From Pyrodictiaceae archaeon (lineage in GTDB: Archaea > Thermoproteota > Thermoprotei_A > Sulfolobales > Pyrodictiaceae), in contig JALVSY010000007.1 of NCBI GenBank assembly GCA_027036135.1, positions 164,880-228,879 on the forward strand: a DNA stretch of 64,000 nt. Direction: 5' to 3'. Below, piece after piece: positions 1-9,596 of this stretch. Positions within the stretch are counted from its first letter, which is position 1. The number at the start of each line of letters is the position of its first letter. Position numbers and translations under genes: made by a program. The notes under the pieces are model-generated. The model worked only from the letters and a program-made list of their open reading frames with translations. It was not told the DNA's origin and searched no databases.

Positions 1-1
1 C

Positions 2-2098
2 TTCTACCTATGGCTGAGGAGGGGTTTCCGAGCCGACGCGGTTATTCATCTAGGGACTCATGGCACTCTGGAATTATTGCCTGGGAAGGAGGTGGGGCTC
101 GATGAGTGTAGCTTCCCGGATGCCTTGATAGGGGATCTCCCCAACATATATGTGTGGCACGTCACTAATTCCTCGGAGATGATAGCGGCTAAGAGGAGGA
201 GCTACGCCTACATAGTCACGCATCTGCCTCCACCGCCCTCCGAGGCGGGGCTAAGCCCTGGGCTTGAGAAGCTAAGGGAGATGCTAGACGAGTACATCGA
301 GGCAAAGCAGCTCCATCCGGAGAGGGCTAGGCTTCTCTGGGAGAAGCTTAGGGAGGAAGCAAAGAAGCTAGGCTTTAGCCCAGAGAGCCCAGAGGAGCTA
401 CACGAGATAATAGAGGATGCCGAGAGGGAGGCAATACCCCTAGGCCTACACATCCTCGGCGACAAATGGGGCGAAGAGGAGATAGAGAGGTACCTTGTCC
501 TCTACGAGAGGAGGAAACCGAGTGGACTGCATAAAGTAGTAGCCAAGGCACTTGGCTACGACTATGACCGCTTGCTAAGCGATCCAGGCCTCCGCGAAGT
601 ACTGGCCCGCGTGGATAGAGTCGTAGAGGACTCCATAAGGCGGGTAATGAGAGGGGATAAACGGGGCGCGCTAAGCATCCTACCCGCTAAGGCTAGGAGG
701 AGCGCCGAGAAGGAGATAGAGACGCTGCTAGACGCTGTTAAACGGATCCGGGAATCCGATGAGATAGAGAGCGTGCTTCACGCGCTTAGAGGAGGCTATG
801 TTGAGCCCCGTGTGGCTGGTGATCCTCTGAGATACCACGATGTGCTGCCAACGGGCTCGAACGGGTACAGTTTTGATCCGAGACTAGTGCCGAGCGAGGC
901 TGCCATAGAGCTGGGGTGGAGACTAGCAGAAGAGCTTCTCAAGAGACACGTAGAGAAGCACGGAAAGTGGCCAGAGACAATAGGCCTCGTACTATGGGGC
1001 TTCGAGACAGCCGGTACCCGTGGAGAGACAGTAGGGCTCATATTCGCACTCCTAGGCGTTAGGCTTGTGCGCAAAGGGCCCTGGGGATATCGACTCGAGC
1101 CAGTACCACTCAAGGAACTCGGCAGACCCCGTGTAGACGTCGCTATCTCTATTTGCGGGTTCTTCCGAGACATGTTCCCACACCTCATAGAGATGATTGA
1201 CAGGGCTATTAGGCTAGTAGCTGACCTCGAGGAACCACTAGACTCCAACTATGTGAGGAAGCACGTCATCGAGATGAAGGCCAGGAAGCACCTAGACCCC
1301 TATGCCAGGATCTTCGGCCCGAAACCCGGGGCCTATAACACGCGGCTAACAGAGCTAATAGAGACCGGGGCATGGGTAAGCCAAGAGGAGCTAGCAAGAA
1401 CCTATCTCGAAGACATGGGCTACATCTATACCGAGAAGCTACACGGGGTAAAGGACACAGAGCACGTCGAGCTACTATTATCGAGCGCTGAGCTCGCGGC
1501 ACAAGTGAGGTATAGTACAGAGTATGACGTAGTAGACCTAGACCACTACTACGAGTTCCTAGGAGGCTTAAAGACAGCCGCGGAGAAGGCCAGGGGAGAA
1601 AACATTGACGCGTACTGGGCTGATACGAGTAGCCATCGGCTCCGAGTAACAACGCTCCAAGAAGCCATAGCGTACTCTAGCCACACAAGGATACTAAACC
1701 CGAAGTGGATAGAAGCAATGCTACGCCACGGCTACGACGGTGTTAGGGAAGTAGCTAACCGTGTAACAAACCTCCTAGGGCTCGCAGCGACAACGAAGAG
1801 CGTGCCAGAAAACATCTGGCACAGCATAGTAAATGAGTACTTAGGGAACAAGCAACGCTTGAGAAAAATGATGCAAGAGAACCCCTATGCGGTGAGAAAG
1901 ATGGCTGAGAAACTACAAGAGGCAGCTCTGAGGGGCTACTGGAGCCCCAGCGAGGAAGAGATGAAAATTATATCGGAGATACTGGAAGAGCTACTGCAGA
2001 GCCACGAGCCTACAGAACACGAGTCCCAGGGATGTACGGCACGCACTGGGCAGCTGGCCCGGGAACAGCATCACGATGTACTGGGAGGCGAAGCCTAG
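2..2098 (+). CDS. cobN: Cobaltochelatase CobN / Mg-chelatase H-subunit family protein, 5'-truncated by the window edge
   Basis: Frame is open from position 2 (FYLWLRRGFRADAVIHLGTHGTLELLPGK). Motifs HLGTHG, AKRRS, LPTGSN, LGRPRVDV, GFFRD, RILNPKWI. Confidence 0.85.
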   Translation, partial: FYLWLRRGFRADAVIHLGTHGTLELLPGKEVGLDECSFPDALIGDLPNIYVWHVTNSSEMIAAKRRSYAYIVTHLPPPPSEAGLSPGLEKLREMLDEYIEAKQLHPERARLLWEKLREEAKKLGFSPESPEELHEIIEDAEREAIPLGLHILGDKWGEEEIERYLVLYERRKPSGLHKVVAKALGYDYDRLLSDPGLREVLARVDRVVEDSIRRVMRGDKRGALSILPAKARRSAEKEIETLLDAVKRIRESDEIESVLHALRGGYVEPRVAGDPLRYHDVLPTGSNGYSFDPRLVPSEAAIELGWRLAEELLKRHVEKHGKWPETIGLVLWGFETAGTRGETVGLIFALLGVRLVRKGPWGYRLEPVPLKELGRPRVDVAISICGFFRDMFPHLIEMIDRAIRLVADLEEPLDSNYVRKHVIEMKARKHLDPYARIFGPKPGAYNTRLTELIETGAWVSQEELARTYLEDMGYIYTEKLHGVKDTEHVELLLSSAELAAQVRYSTEYDVVDLDHYYEFLGGLKTAAEKARGENIDAYWADTSSHRLRVTTLQEAIAYSSHTRILNPKWIEAMLRHGYDGVREVANRVTNLLGLAATTKSVPENIWHSIVNEYLGNKQRLRKMMQENPYAVRKMAEKLQEAALRGYWSPSEEEMKIISEILEELLQSHEPTEHESQGCTARTGQLAREQHHDVLGGEA

Positions 2099-2314
2099 GC
2101 AACTATGGCGCAGGGCTCCATAGGGGTGGTTAACTCTACTGCTGGTTGAGTTAACTGCGAGTTAACTTCACCAACAACTCAAGTGTGGAACTAAACGATA
2201 ATGCTCTCCCAGGACATGACTAGGCAGAAACCCGGAGGGAGAAGAGAGCACAAAGTAGCCAAGGGGCTTGGCACTGGGCTCTCGCTAACCAGGTGCTCGG
2301 AGACAAATACGCTC

Positions 2315-2719
2315 TCAGAGGGCTACTCGGCGAGCTCCCTTGAGGGGCTTTGCCACGTCCCTGGCTTTCCGGAGTATCTCTGTATCCTCTGTGACTAGTA
2401 CTAGGCCTAGCTTCCTAGCAACATAGACATAGGCTGAATCATAGTAGGTTAGCCTCGTCTTCTCTGCTACCCGGGCTATTCCTTCAATGTCCTCTGGCCC
2501 GAGCCTTATTATCTCCAGTATCCTTGCAGCCTTGGTAACTGATTTCATGAATCCGGTGTAGCTTCTCAGCAATTTCCTCCTCCAGGACACGAGAGCAGCG
2601 TTACCTATCTCGTAGAGCGTCAAGTCCAGTATAGCCGAGTCCTCTAATATACTGGTATACTTGTAGGGCTCAAGAATTATAAGGTAGAGGGCTGACGCGT
2701 CCAAGAGGTACTTAGGCAA
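2315..2719 (-). CDS. vapC: VapC-family PIN-domain toxin
   Basis: YLLDASAL, LTLYEIGNA, LTYYDSAY, LVTED PIN acidic motifs. Confidence 0.85.
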   Translation of the reverse strand: MPKYLLDASALYLIILEPYKYTSILEDSAILDLTLYEIGNAALVSWRRKLLRSYTGFMKSVTKAARILEIIRLGPEDIEGIARVAEKTRLTYYDSAYVYVARKLGLVLVTEDTEILRKARDVAKPLKGARRVAL

Positions 2720-2945
2720 TGTGAGCTCTGCTCCTCTCCTCTCTTATAATCCTTATCCACTCCTCCTTGCTTAGTCCCTGTAGCTGCTCCCTCATCTCCT
2801 CAAGGGCTTCGAGGAGCTGCTTGCGCCTAGCCTCTCTTATAGCCTCCTCTAGGGCCTTCTCAACCACCTCCCGTACATTGATACCTAGCTGCTCCGCCTC
2901 CCGCTTGAGCTCTTTCCTAACCCTCACAGAGAGTACAGTGCTCAC
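2712..2945 (-). CDS. vapB: VapB-type ribbon-helix-helix antitoxin
   Basis: GTG start at 2945 after GGAGG. STVLSVRVRKELKREAEQLGINVREVV is RHH-like. Overlaps vapC by 8 nt. Confidence 0.8.
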   Translation of the reverse strand: MSTVLSVRVRKELKREAEQLGINVREVVEKALEEAIREARRKQLLEALEEMREQLQGLSKEEWIRIIREERSRAHIA

Positions 2946-3168
2946 AGCAACCCTCCTCCGAGTATACGGAGGCCACGTATACACTAGATATATCTTACCA
3001 GCAATAAGCAAGGTAACCGACAAGAATCCAATGAATAACAACAACAGAGTAACAAACACCCTAGGTAATACACTAGGAACAGGTACCTCGTGAAACTGGT
3101 GTAGCTGAGCTAGATAAGATGCGGGCCGAGAGCCGGGTAGCTCGGCTAAAACTATTCTGGTAGATACT

Positions 3169-3444
3169 AATATTTTCAGTTATAGGAGCAATGTTTAGAC
3201 CCTACCAAGGATAATACACAACCGGGCCTGTCCCCGTCCCGGGGCCCTCTCTGGTCTAGCTCTTTTATGCCCCGGGCCGCGCATCGCTAGGGCTAATAGT
3301 TATGCTTATTGATCAATATTTTCGCCTATAGGCGTAACTGTTAGGCCTTACCAAGAGTATTACGCCACACGGGGTTCCCAAGTAGGTCTCTGGTGCCTGG
3401 TCTAGCACATTTACTACCCCGGTGTGTAAAAAACTGGGCTAACA
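3169..3444. repeat. Two degenerate tandem copies with a 146-bp period, non-coding
   Basis: AATATTTTC at 3169/3315, CTGGTCTAGC at 3251/3397 and GGGCTAA at 3290/3436. About 76/130 ungapped identities by hand count. Confidence 0.8.
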
Positions 3445-3815
3445 GGTTGCTGTTGAGCCTAAGTGTATCCACTTATGGATCGAGCGGTGTACCGAGTACA
3501 CTGTACTGCTCCTCAATTATAGATATGCTTGTTGATGAGAACGTGTAGGCCTAGAGCGGGGGGAAAAATGTTTATCATGTTAATCCGTGCATCTCTCTGC
3601 CACTTTGCATGGCTACATGTTTTTAACCATATAGCTAGTCATGACTAGGGAATTCTCCGAGGAGAGTGCTGAGAACAAGAAGAGCTACAAATGCCTAGGC
3701 GGGACTGAGTGCAGCGATTCTGCGAGGCTGCATGGTTGTTCTATAATAGTGTGAGCCGGGGGTAAAGGATTAACAGTGATACTCTTGTCCTAGTATTCCG
3801 TGGAGGTGGCTCTCT

Positions 3816-4514
3816 CTGGCTATCAACGACAGTGCTAGGAGGCGGGAGCTGGTAAGCGAGATAATAAAGGCTATCGAGGAGGATCGTGAGCTACGCTATA
3901 TGCTGCTCGGTGCACTAGGGTTCCAGGAGCTTTTGGAGAGGTTTGCACAGCTAGAGGAGCGCCAACAGAAACTTGAGGAGCGATTCGCCCAGCTAGAGGA
4001 GAGGTTTGCTAGGATTGAGGAAAGACAGCAGAGACTGGAGGAGCGATTCGCCGAGCTTGAGAAGCGTTTTGCTAAGCTTGAGGAGAGGTTTGCTAGGATT
4101 GAGGAGGAGATGAGGGAGACTAGGAGGGTTGTCACAGTTATTGCTCATCGCTTCGGTGTTATTAGTGAGAAGGCTTTCAGGGAGGCTATGAAGTATGTTG
4201 TTGAGGACGTGTTCGGCGTCGCTACTGTAGAGAAGTGGGTATACAAGGACAATGAGGGCGTTGTTTACGGGTACCCGGCTGTTGTCGAGGTTGATGTGCT
4301 TGTACGCGACTCTGAGCACATATTGCTCGAGGTCAAGTCCAGGGTCTCGAAGGCAGATGTATCCGAGCTCTACAGGATAGGTGTGCTCTACGAGAAGGTT
4401 GAGGGGAGGAAGCCCCGGCTAGTCATACTAGGCGGCTTCATAGACGAGGAGGCTAGGAGGCTGGGCAAGAGACTCGGAGTCGAAATAGTACCCATTGTGT
4501 CACCGTCCATGTAG
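3816..4514 (+). CDS. Coiled-coil-repeat PD-(D/E)XK nuclease-like protein (DUF3782-like)
   Basis: LEERFA heptad repeats, EVDVLV...LLEVKS nuclease motif. Frame extends from the track ATG (3900) back to a CTG at 3816, behind GGAGGTG. Confidence 0.8.
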   Translation: MAINDSARRRELVSEIIKAIEEDRELRYMLLGALGFQELLERFAQLEERQQKLEERFAQLEERFARIEERQQRLEERFAELEKRFAKLEERFARIEEEMRETRRVVTVIAHRFGVISEKAFREAMKYVVEDVFGVATVEKWVYKDNEGVVYGYPAVVEVDVLVRDSEHILLEVKSRVSKADVSELYRIGVLYEKVEGRKPRLVILGGFIDEEARRLGKRLGVEIVPIVSPSM

Positions 4515-4627
4515 CTTCTTCCGCCTCCAATTGATACTGGTTATCTTCAGTGCATTGGGTAACCTGTCTCGTTGTGTAATTCTTCGACCCGATTATTCCT
4601 TATCACTGTCTCTGGTGATACCTGGCC

Positions 4628-5053
4628 GTGGATGCGGGTCTGGAAGAGCTTGCTAGGTGCTTGGGCAGGGTTGCGAGACGCTGGGGGCTTCGCTATGTTG
4701 TTCTCTATGGGTCCCGTGCCAGGGGGTATGCTGGACCCCATAGCGACTATGACTTGGCCGTCAAGGCTGGTAGGAGGCTTGGGCTCCGTGAGCGCGGCGC
4801 TTTGTTCTCTGAGCTAGGGTCTTGTCTACCGCCAGGGGCTCGGCTGGACCTAGTATTGCTTGATGACTGGGACCCAGTTCTGGCCTGGGAGGCTCTGGGG
4901 CGCGGCAAGCTCATCTACTACTGTGGAGAGGAGTGTCTAAGGGAGTACTACGAGGACCTTGCCAGGGCCTTGGACGAGGTCGCTGACCTTGAGCCTGTTA
5001 TAAGGTTGTTCCGGAGGGAGGCTAGGCGTGCCCTCGCCGGGCATCGTGACTAG
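4628..5053 (+). CDS. Minimal nucleotidyltransferase (MNT/MntA-type antitoxin)
   Basis: VVLYGSRARG...SDYDLAV, LDLV. Confidence 0.85.
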   Translation: MDAGLEELARCLGRVARRWGLRYVVLYGSRARGYAGPHSDYDLAVKAGRRLGLRERGALFSELGSCLPPGARLDLVLLDDWDPVLAWEALGRGKLIYYCGEECLREYYEDLARALDEVADLEPVIRLFRREARRALAGHRD

Positions 5054-5453
5054 GGTTACTCGGGCTCGTAGGAGCCTCGAGAAGCTGAGATGGATAGCTT
5101 CTAGGCCCTATGAGGAATACATGAGCGACGAGGATATCAGGGTACTAGCTGAGCGTTATCTTCACATATTGCTAGAGGCTATACTCGATCTTGCCGCGTT
5201 CATAGCTGCCCGCAGGGGTATTGCTCGGGGACCCACTTATCGCGACGTTGTAGAGGCTGTTATCTCTGCAGGGCTTGTTCCCCAGGAGCTCAAGGAGCTG
5301 GCGAGAAGCATCCCTGGTATGAGGAATATACTTGTCCACGGCTATGCCGAGATAAGACATGATATACTCTACGAGACGCTGAGGAGCGAGCTTGAGGCCT
5401 TGGGGAGGCTGCTCCTTGTTCTCTGGGAGGAGGCTGAGCGGCTAGACCCGTAG
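5028..5453 (+). CDS. HEPN (DUF86/HepT-type) RNase toxin
   Basis: RNILVHGY RX4H motif, overlaps the MNT gene. Confidence 0.85.
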   Translation: MPSPGIVTRVTRARRSLEKLRWIASRPYEEYMSDEDIRVLAERYLHILLEAILDLAAFIAARRGIARGPTYRDVVEAVISAGLVPQELKELARSIPGMRNILVHGYAEIRHDILYETLRSELEALGRLLLVLWEEAERLDP

Positions 5454-5520
5454 ATCACGGGGCTATGAAAATGAACCGGGGAGTATCGGGAAGGTAATGG
5501 GTGCTCTTGACCCCCTGCAC

Positions 5521-7203
5521 CTACTTTTTCGTGCTTTGCTTTGTCTCGGGTGTGTAGCAATATTCTCTCCTTGCATGGTCTAGTGTTATTTTGCCGTCTT
5601 CTAGGTCTTGGAGTATTAGTTGCTCGTCTCTCTGGCAGGGGTCTCCGTAGCCTCCCCCGCCTGGCGTGTTTATGTAGACTGTGTCTCCTGGCCTGAGGAC
5701 TATGGTTTTCTTAGCTCCTAGTTCTATTTTCTCGCCATTAGCTCTTACCACGTAGTGGTGGGATGATTGGCCAGGTTTGCCTCCTCTTAGGCCCCATGGT
5801 CGTAGCCTGTAGCGCTCGGAGAATACTGTGACTGTTGCTTCTTCTAGTACTGTGAATGCTCTTGTTATTCCTAGTCCTCCTCGGTACTTGCCTGCTCCGC
5901 CGCTGTTTGGTCTTAGCTCGTAGGCTTTGAAGAGGACTGGGTACTCTGTCTCTATTACCTCTATAGGTGTGTTGAGCGTGTTGGTCATGTTGGTGTGTAC
6001 TCCGTCTACTCCGTCGCAGCATGGTCTTGCGCCGGTGCCGCAGCCTATGGTCTCGTAGAATGCCCAGGCCCTGCCCCCGACCGTGACGTTGGTCATGGTT
6101 CCGCAGCTGGCCGCTGGTACTTTGTCCGGGAATGCGTCTGCTAGTGCCCGGAGCACCACATCCGCTATGCGCTGCGATGTCTCGACGTTGCCTCCACCCA
6201 CGGGTGCGGGGGGCTCTGGGTTCACTATGGTTCCTCGCGGCGCGTGTATCTCTACTACGCGGTAGAAGCCATGGTTCATAGGCATATCCGGGTCTATTAC
6301 TGATTTCAGCGCATAAGTTGTCGCCGCGACTGTTACTCCATAGACAGCGTTTAGGGGCTCATCCACCTGGCTATGGGACCCCGTGTAGTCTACTCTTATC
6401 CGCTCCCTGGTTATCTCTACCCTAGCGTGTATCCGTGCTAGCTCGCCGCTGCTTAGCTCTAGGTAGTCCTCTGCCTCATAGACCCCGGCTTTACCGTGCT
6501 TCTCTACTAGCTCTACTAGCCGGTTCCTCGTGTAGCGCTCTGTGTAGCCCAGTATCTCGCTCCACGCCTCGAGCAGGGCCTCGGCGCCATACTTCTCTGC
6601 TAGTTCGCGTACACGCTTCTCCCCGAGGCGTAGCGCCGCTATCTGAGCCATGAGGTCTCCTTGGAAGTACCTCGGTGTCCTAACGTTGGCCTGTATGAGG
6701 CGAACTATGTCGCGTCGCAGCTCTCCATTCTCTACTATCTTTACGGGTGGTATCACTGTTCCTTCTTCTAGGAGTAGCTTTGCTCCCCCGCCGATGCTCC
6801 CGGGGACTGCTCCACCCACGTCTACGTGGTGGGCCTTGTTAGCTACTAGTGCTACTAGCTTGTCGCCTACATAGACGGGTTTGAGCACCATGAGGTCGTT
6901 TAGATGAGTGCCCGAGATGTACGGGTCGTTGGTTAGTACTACGTCGTCGGGGCCTAGTTCCTCGCCCTCCTTCTCAAGGTACCTTACTAGGTTCTTTGCC
7001 CCGACTGGCATGCTTCCTAGGTGGACTGGTATGTGCTCTGCCTGTGCGAGTAGGTCGCCGCTCGGGGTTAGTACCGCGCAGCTATGGTCTAGGCGGTCTC
7101 TTATATTGGGGCTGAACGCGGTGTTTCGTAGGACTACTCCCATTTCCTCCGAGGCGTAGATGAGTGCGTGCCTTATTACCTCGACAGTGACGGGGTCAAC
7201 CAT
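5521..7203 (-). CDS. Hydantoinase B / 5-oxoprolinase subunit B
   Basis: VDPVTVEV, AFSPNIRDRLDHSCA, HIPVHLGSM, NDPY..GTHLND, HHVDVGG, TPGGGGYG. Confidence 0.9.
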   Translation of the reverse strand: MVDPVTVEVIRHALIYASEEMGVVLRNTAFSPNIRDRLDHSCAVLTPSGDLLAQAEHIPVHLGSMPVGAKNLVRYLEKEGEELGPDDVVLTNDPYISGTHLNDLMVLKPVYVGDKLVALVANKAHHVDVGGAVPGSIGGGAKLLLEEGTVIPPVKIVENGELRRDIVRLIQANVRTPRYFQGDLMAQIAALRLGEKRVRELAEKYGAEALLEAWSEILGYTERYTRNRLVELVEKHGKAGVYEAEDYLELSSGELARIHARVEITRERIRVDYTGSHSQVDEPLNAVYGVTVAATTYALKSVIDPDMPMNHGFYRVVEIHAPRGTIVNPEPPAPVGGGNVETSQRIADVVLRALADAFPDKVPAASCGTMTNVTVGGRAWAFYETIGCGTGARPCCDGVDGVHTNMTNTLNTPIEVIETEYPVLFKAYELRPNSGGAGKYRGGLGITRAFTVLEEATVTVFSERYRLRPWGLRGGKPGQSSHHYVVRANGEKIELGAKKTIVLRPGDTVYINTPGGGGYGDPCQRDEQLILQDLEDGKITLDHARREYCYTPETKQSTKK

Positions 7204-7234
7204 TTGTTCCCGCACCTCTTTGCGCCACAAAGGG

Positions 7235-9286
7235 TTATTGGCGCCTCACATGTATGGAGTAGAAAGAATCTATACTCGCAAAGAAGCCTGGCGGCACCAG
7301 TGCTGTGCTCTCATCGCTCTCGATAACCGCTGGGCCCTCTATCTCGGCGCCTGGGCGTAGCTCTAGGCGCCAGTACACCGGTGTATCCACCCACCCTGTC
7401 TCCTCGAAGAAGACTCGTCTTGTTCTCCGAGGCTCTGGCCTATACGGTCTTGGCTCGCTTCTTGGGAGCCTTGGCTTCGGTATAGCACCTATAGCTACTA
7501 TCCTTGCGTTGACTATTGCTACTGGCTCGCCTCTCATATCGTAGCCATAGCGGGCTCTGTGCTTCTCGTGGAAGGCTTCCACGGCCTCTGCTATGTTGCC
7601 GCGGTAGGGGACTATGAGCTCGTAGGCTTGGCCTAGGTAGCGCATGTCTAGTAGCCTCGTGATCCTTATGTCTCCCTGCTTTACTCCCTCCGATACTAGC
7701 ATCTGGGTTGCCTCCTGCTCTAGCTCGCTGTATATCCTTTCCAACTCCTCCTCGGAGACCTCGTCTGCTCTCTTAACAACTGCTTTGTGGAGGTCGTGAC
7801 GATAATCAGTGACTAGGAGGCCTAGGGCTGAGAAGACTCCGGGAAGCGGGGGAACTATGACCTCCCTTACCCCAATCTCGGCCGCGAGGGCTGCTGCATG
7901 CAGGGGCCCTGCTCCCCCGAAGGCGTACATCGAGAACTCTCTTGGATCATGGCCCCTCTCAACGCTGACTAAGCGGAGCCCACGAGCCATCACGGTGTTA
8001 GAGATCCTTATTATCGATGAGGCTAGCTCAACTATATCCATCCCGAGTTTCTCGGCTAGCTTGGCGAGCGCCTTCTCCGCCAGGTCTCTGTGTAGCTTGA
8101 CTCTTCCACCAGCTAGCTCGTCGGACAACCTGCCAAGGACATAGTTGGCATCCGTTATCGTTGGCTCTGTGCCGCCACGGCCATAGCAGGCTGGGCCTGG
8201 CTCGGCTCCAGCGCTCACGGGTCCTACGCGGAGAGCGCCGCCGGGGTCTATCCAGGCTATTGTGCCCCCGCCTGCGCTGACCTCTGCTAGGTCTATGTAG
8301 GGGTACCTAACGGGGTACCCGGAGCCTCTTAGGAGGCGGCCCATGTGGACCCTGCCGCCTACCTCATACTCCTGCACCACGAGTGGCTCTCCGTTAACAA
8401 CTGTCGAGGCCTTCGCCGTGGTACCGCCCATGTCGAAGCCGAGGGCCTTCCCGATACCCATTAGCTTAGAGAAGTGGGCTACCGCTACTGCTCCTGCTGC
8501 TGGCCCGCTCTCGATGAACGCTGCAGGGTACCTGGTGGCTTCATCGCTGCCGGCTACGCCGCCGCTGCTCTGCATTACGAGGAACTTGCCTCTGAACCCT
8601 CTCCTCCTCAGCTCCTCGACTACTCTCTCTATGTAGCGGGCTAGGAGGGGCTTGAACAGCCCGTTTACCACCGTGGTACTTGTTCTCTCATACTCCTTTG
8701 GCTGGGGATCCGTCTCGTAGCTAGTGACGACTATTGCGCCTGGGCATTCCTCCTCTATTATCTGCTTAGCTCGATGCTCGTGGCTTGGGTTGCGGTAGCT
8801 ATGTAGGAAGCTTATTATGAAGACCTCTGCTTCCCGGCACCACTGCCTAGCTATTCTGCGGACCTGGTTCTCGTCCAGCGGCTCTAGCTCCGAGCCATCG
8901 GGGCCTATGCGGCCCCTTACCCCTATTCTCCGGGACCGTGGGACCAGGGGGGCTGGCCGCTGGAAGAACAGGTTGTATAGCTCTGGTCTGTTCTGCCTAC
9001 CGATCTCCAGGACGTCGCGGAAACCCTCATTGGTTAACAATACTGCCTTGGGTAGGCGTAACCCAACTTGCCCCAGGAAAGTATTGGTGCCAATGGTTGA
9101 GGCATGGACTATTATCTCTACGCTGTCCAAGGCCCAGCCAAGCTTCTCGATACCCTCTATTAATCCGCGCCACGGCTCCCTCGGCGTGGTGAGCACCTTT
9201 AGGTGTAGGATCTCGCCGCTCTCATCGTCGAAGCCAACTACGTCGGTGAAGGTACCGCCTATATCTGCTCCTATACGCCTAGCCAA
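7235..9286 (-). CDS. Hydantoinase A / 5-oxoprolinase ATP-binding subunit
   Basis: DIGGTFTD, ESGPAAG, DMGGTTAK, SAGAEPGPACYGRGG, FGGAGPLHA. Confidence 0.9.
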   Translation of the reverse strand: MARRIGADIGGTFTDVVGFDDESGEILHLKVLTTPREPWRGLIEGIEKLGWALDSVEIIVHASTIGTNTFLGQVGLRLPKAVLLTNEGFRDVLEIGRQNRPELYNLFFQRPAPLVPRSRRIGVRGRIGPDGSELEPLDENQVRRIARQWCREAEVFIISFLHSYRNPSHEHRAKQIIEEECPGAIVVTSYETDPQPKEYERTSTTVVNGLFKPLLARYIERVVEELRRRGFRGKFLVMQSSGGVAGSDEATRYPAAFIESGPAAGAVAVAHFSKLMGIGKALGFDMGGTTAKASTVVNGEPLVVQEYEVGGRVHMGRLLRGSGYPVRYPYIDLAEVSAGGGTIAWIDPGGALRVGPVSAGAEPGPACYGRGGTEPTITDANYVLGRLSDELAGGRVKLHRDLAEKALAKLAEKLGMDIVELASSIIRISNTVMARGLRLVSVERGHDPREFSMYAFGGAGPLHAAALAAEIGVREVIVPPLPGVFSALGLLVTDYRHDLHKAVVKRADEVSEEELERIYSELEQEATQMLVSEGVKQGDIRITRLLDMRYLGQAYELIVPYRGNIAEAVEAFHEKHRARYGYDMRGEPVAIVNARIVAIGAIPKPRLPRSEPRPYRPEPRRTRRVFFEETGWVDTPVYWRLELRPGAEIEGPAVIESDESTALVPPGFFASIDSFYSIHVRRQ

Positions 9287-9596
9287 AACACATGCACCCG
9301 GAAACTATGTAAATATAGCTAAGGCAAAATAGTATCACTGCTTATCAATAATGCGCTTTATTGTTTGAATCCCTGCTGCAAACGTAATGAATAATGGTAT
9401 CGTTCTAATATATTCTTCCACGAAGGACATGTTGTTGGGTAATACTGGGGCAGTGCTCTCTAGCCTATTTTTCAACAGAATAGGTTCGGGTGGGGGTGAG
9501 GGAGTGGTTATTAGGCATAAGCGCTTCTTCCCCGACGCCGCGCCAGTGATCACGCCGCGCGCTGCACCGCTAATGGAGCCCGGCATAGGCCTATGC

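Noticed and set aside
2173-2182. AACAACTCAA, reminiscent of the start of a Desulfurococcales CRISPR repeat
   Set aside because: Only about 10 nt, a single copy, and the comparison rests on recall.
3940-4110. DNA repeats such as GAGGAGCGATTCGCC and GAGAGGTTTGCTAGGATTGAGGA
   Set aside because: They are in-frame 21-bp multiples encoding the LEERFA coiled coil, not a CRISPR or non-coding repeat.
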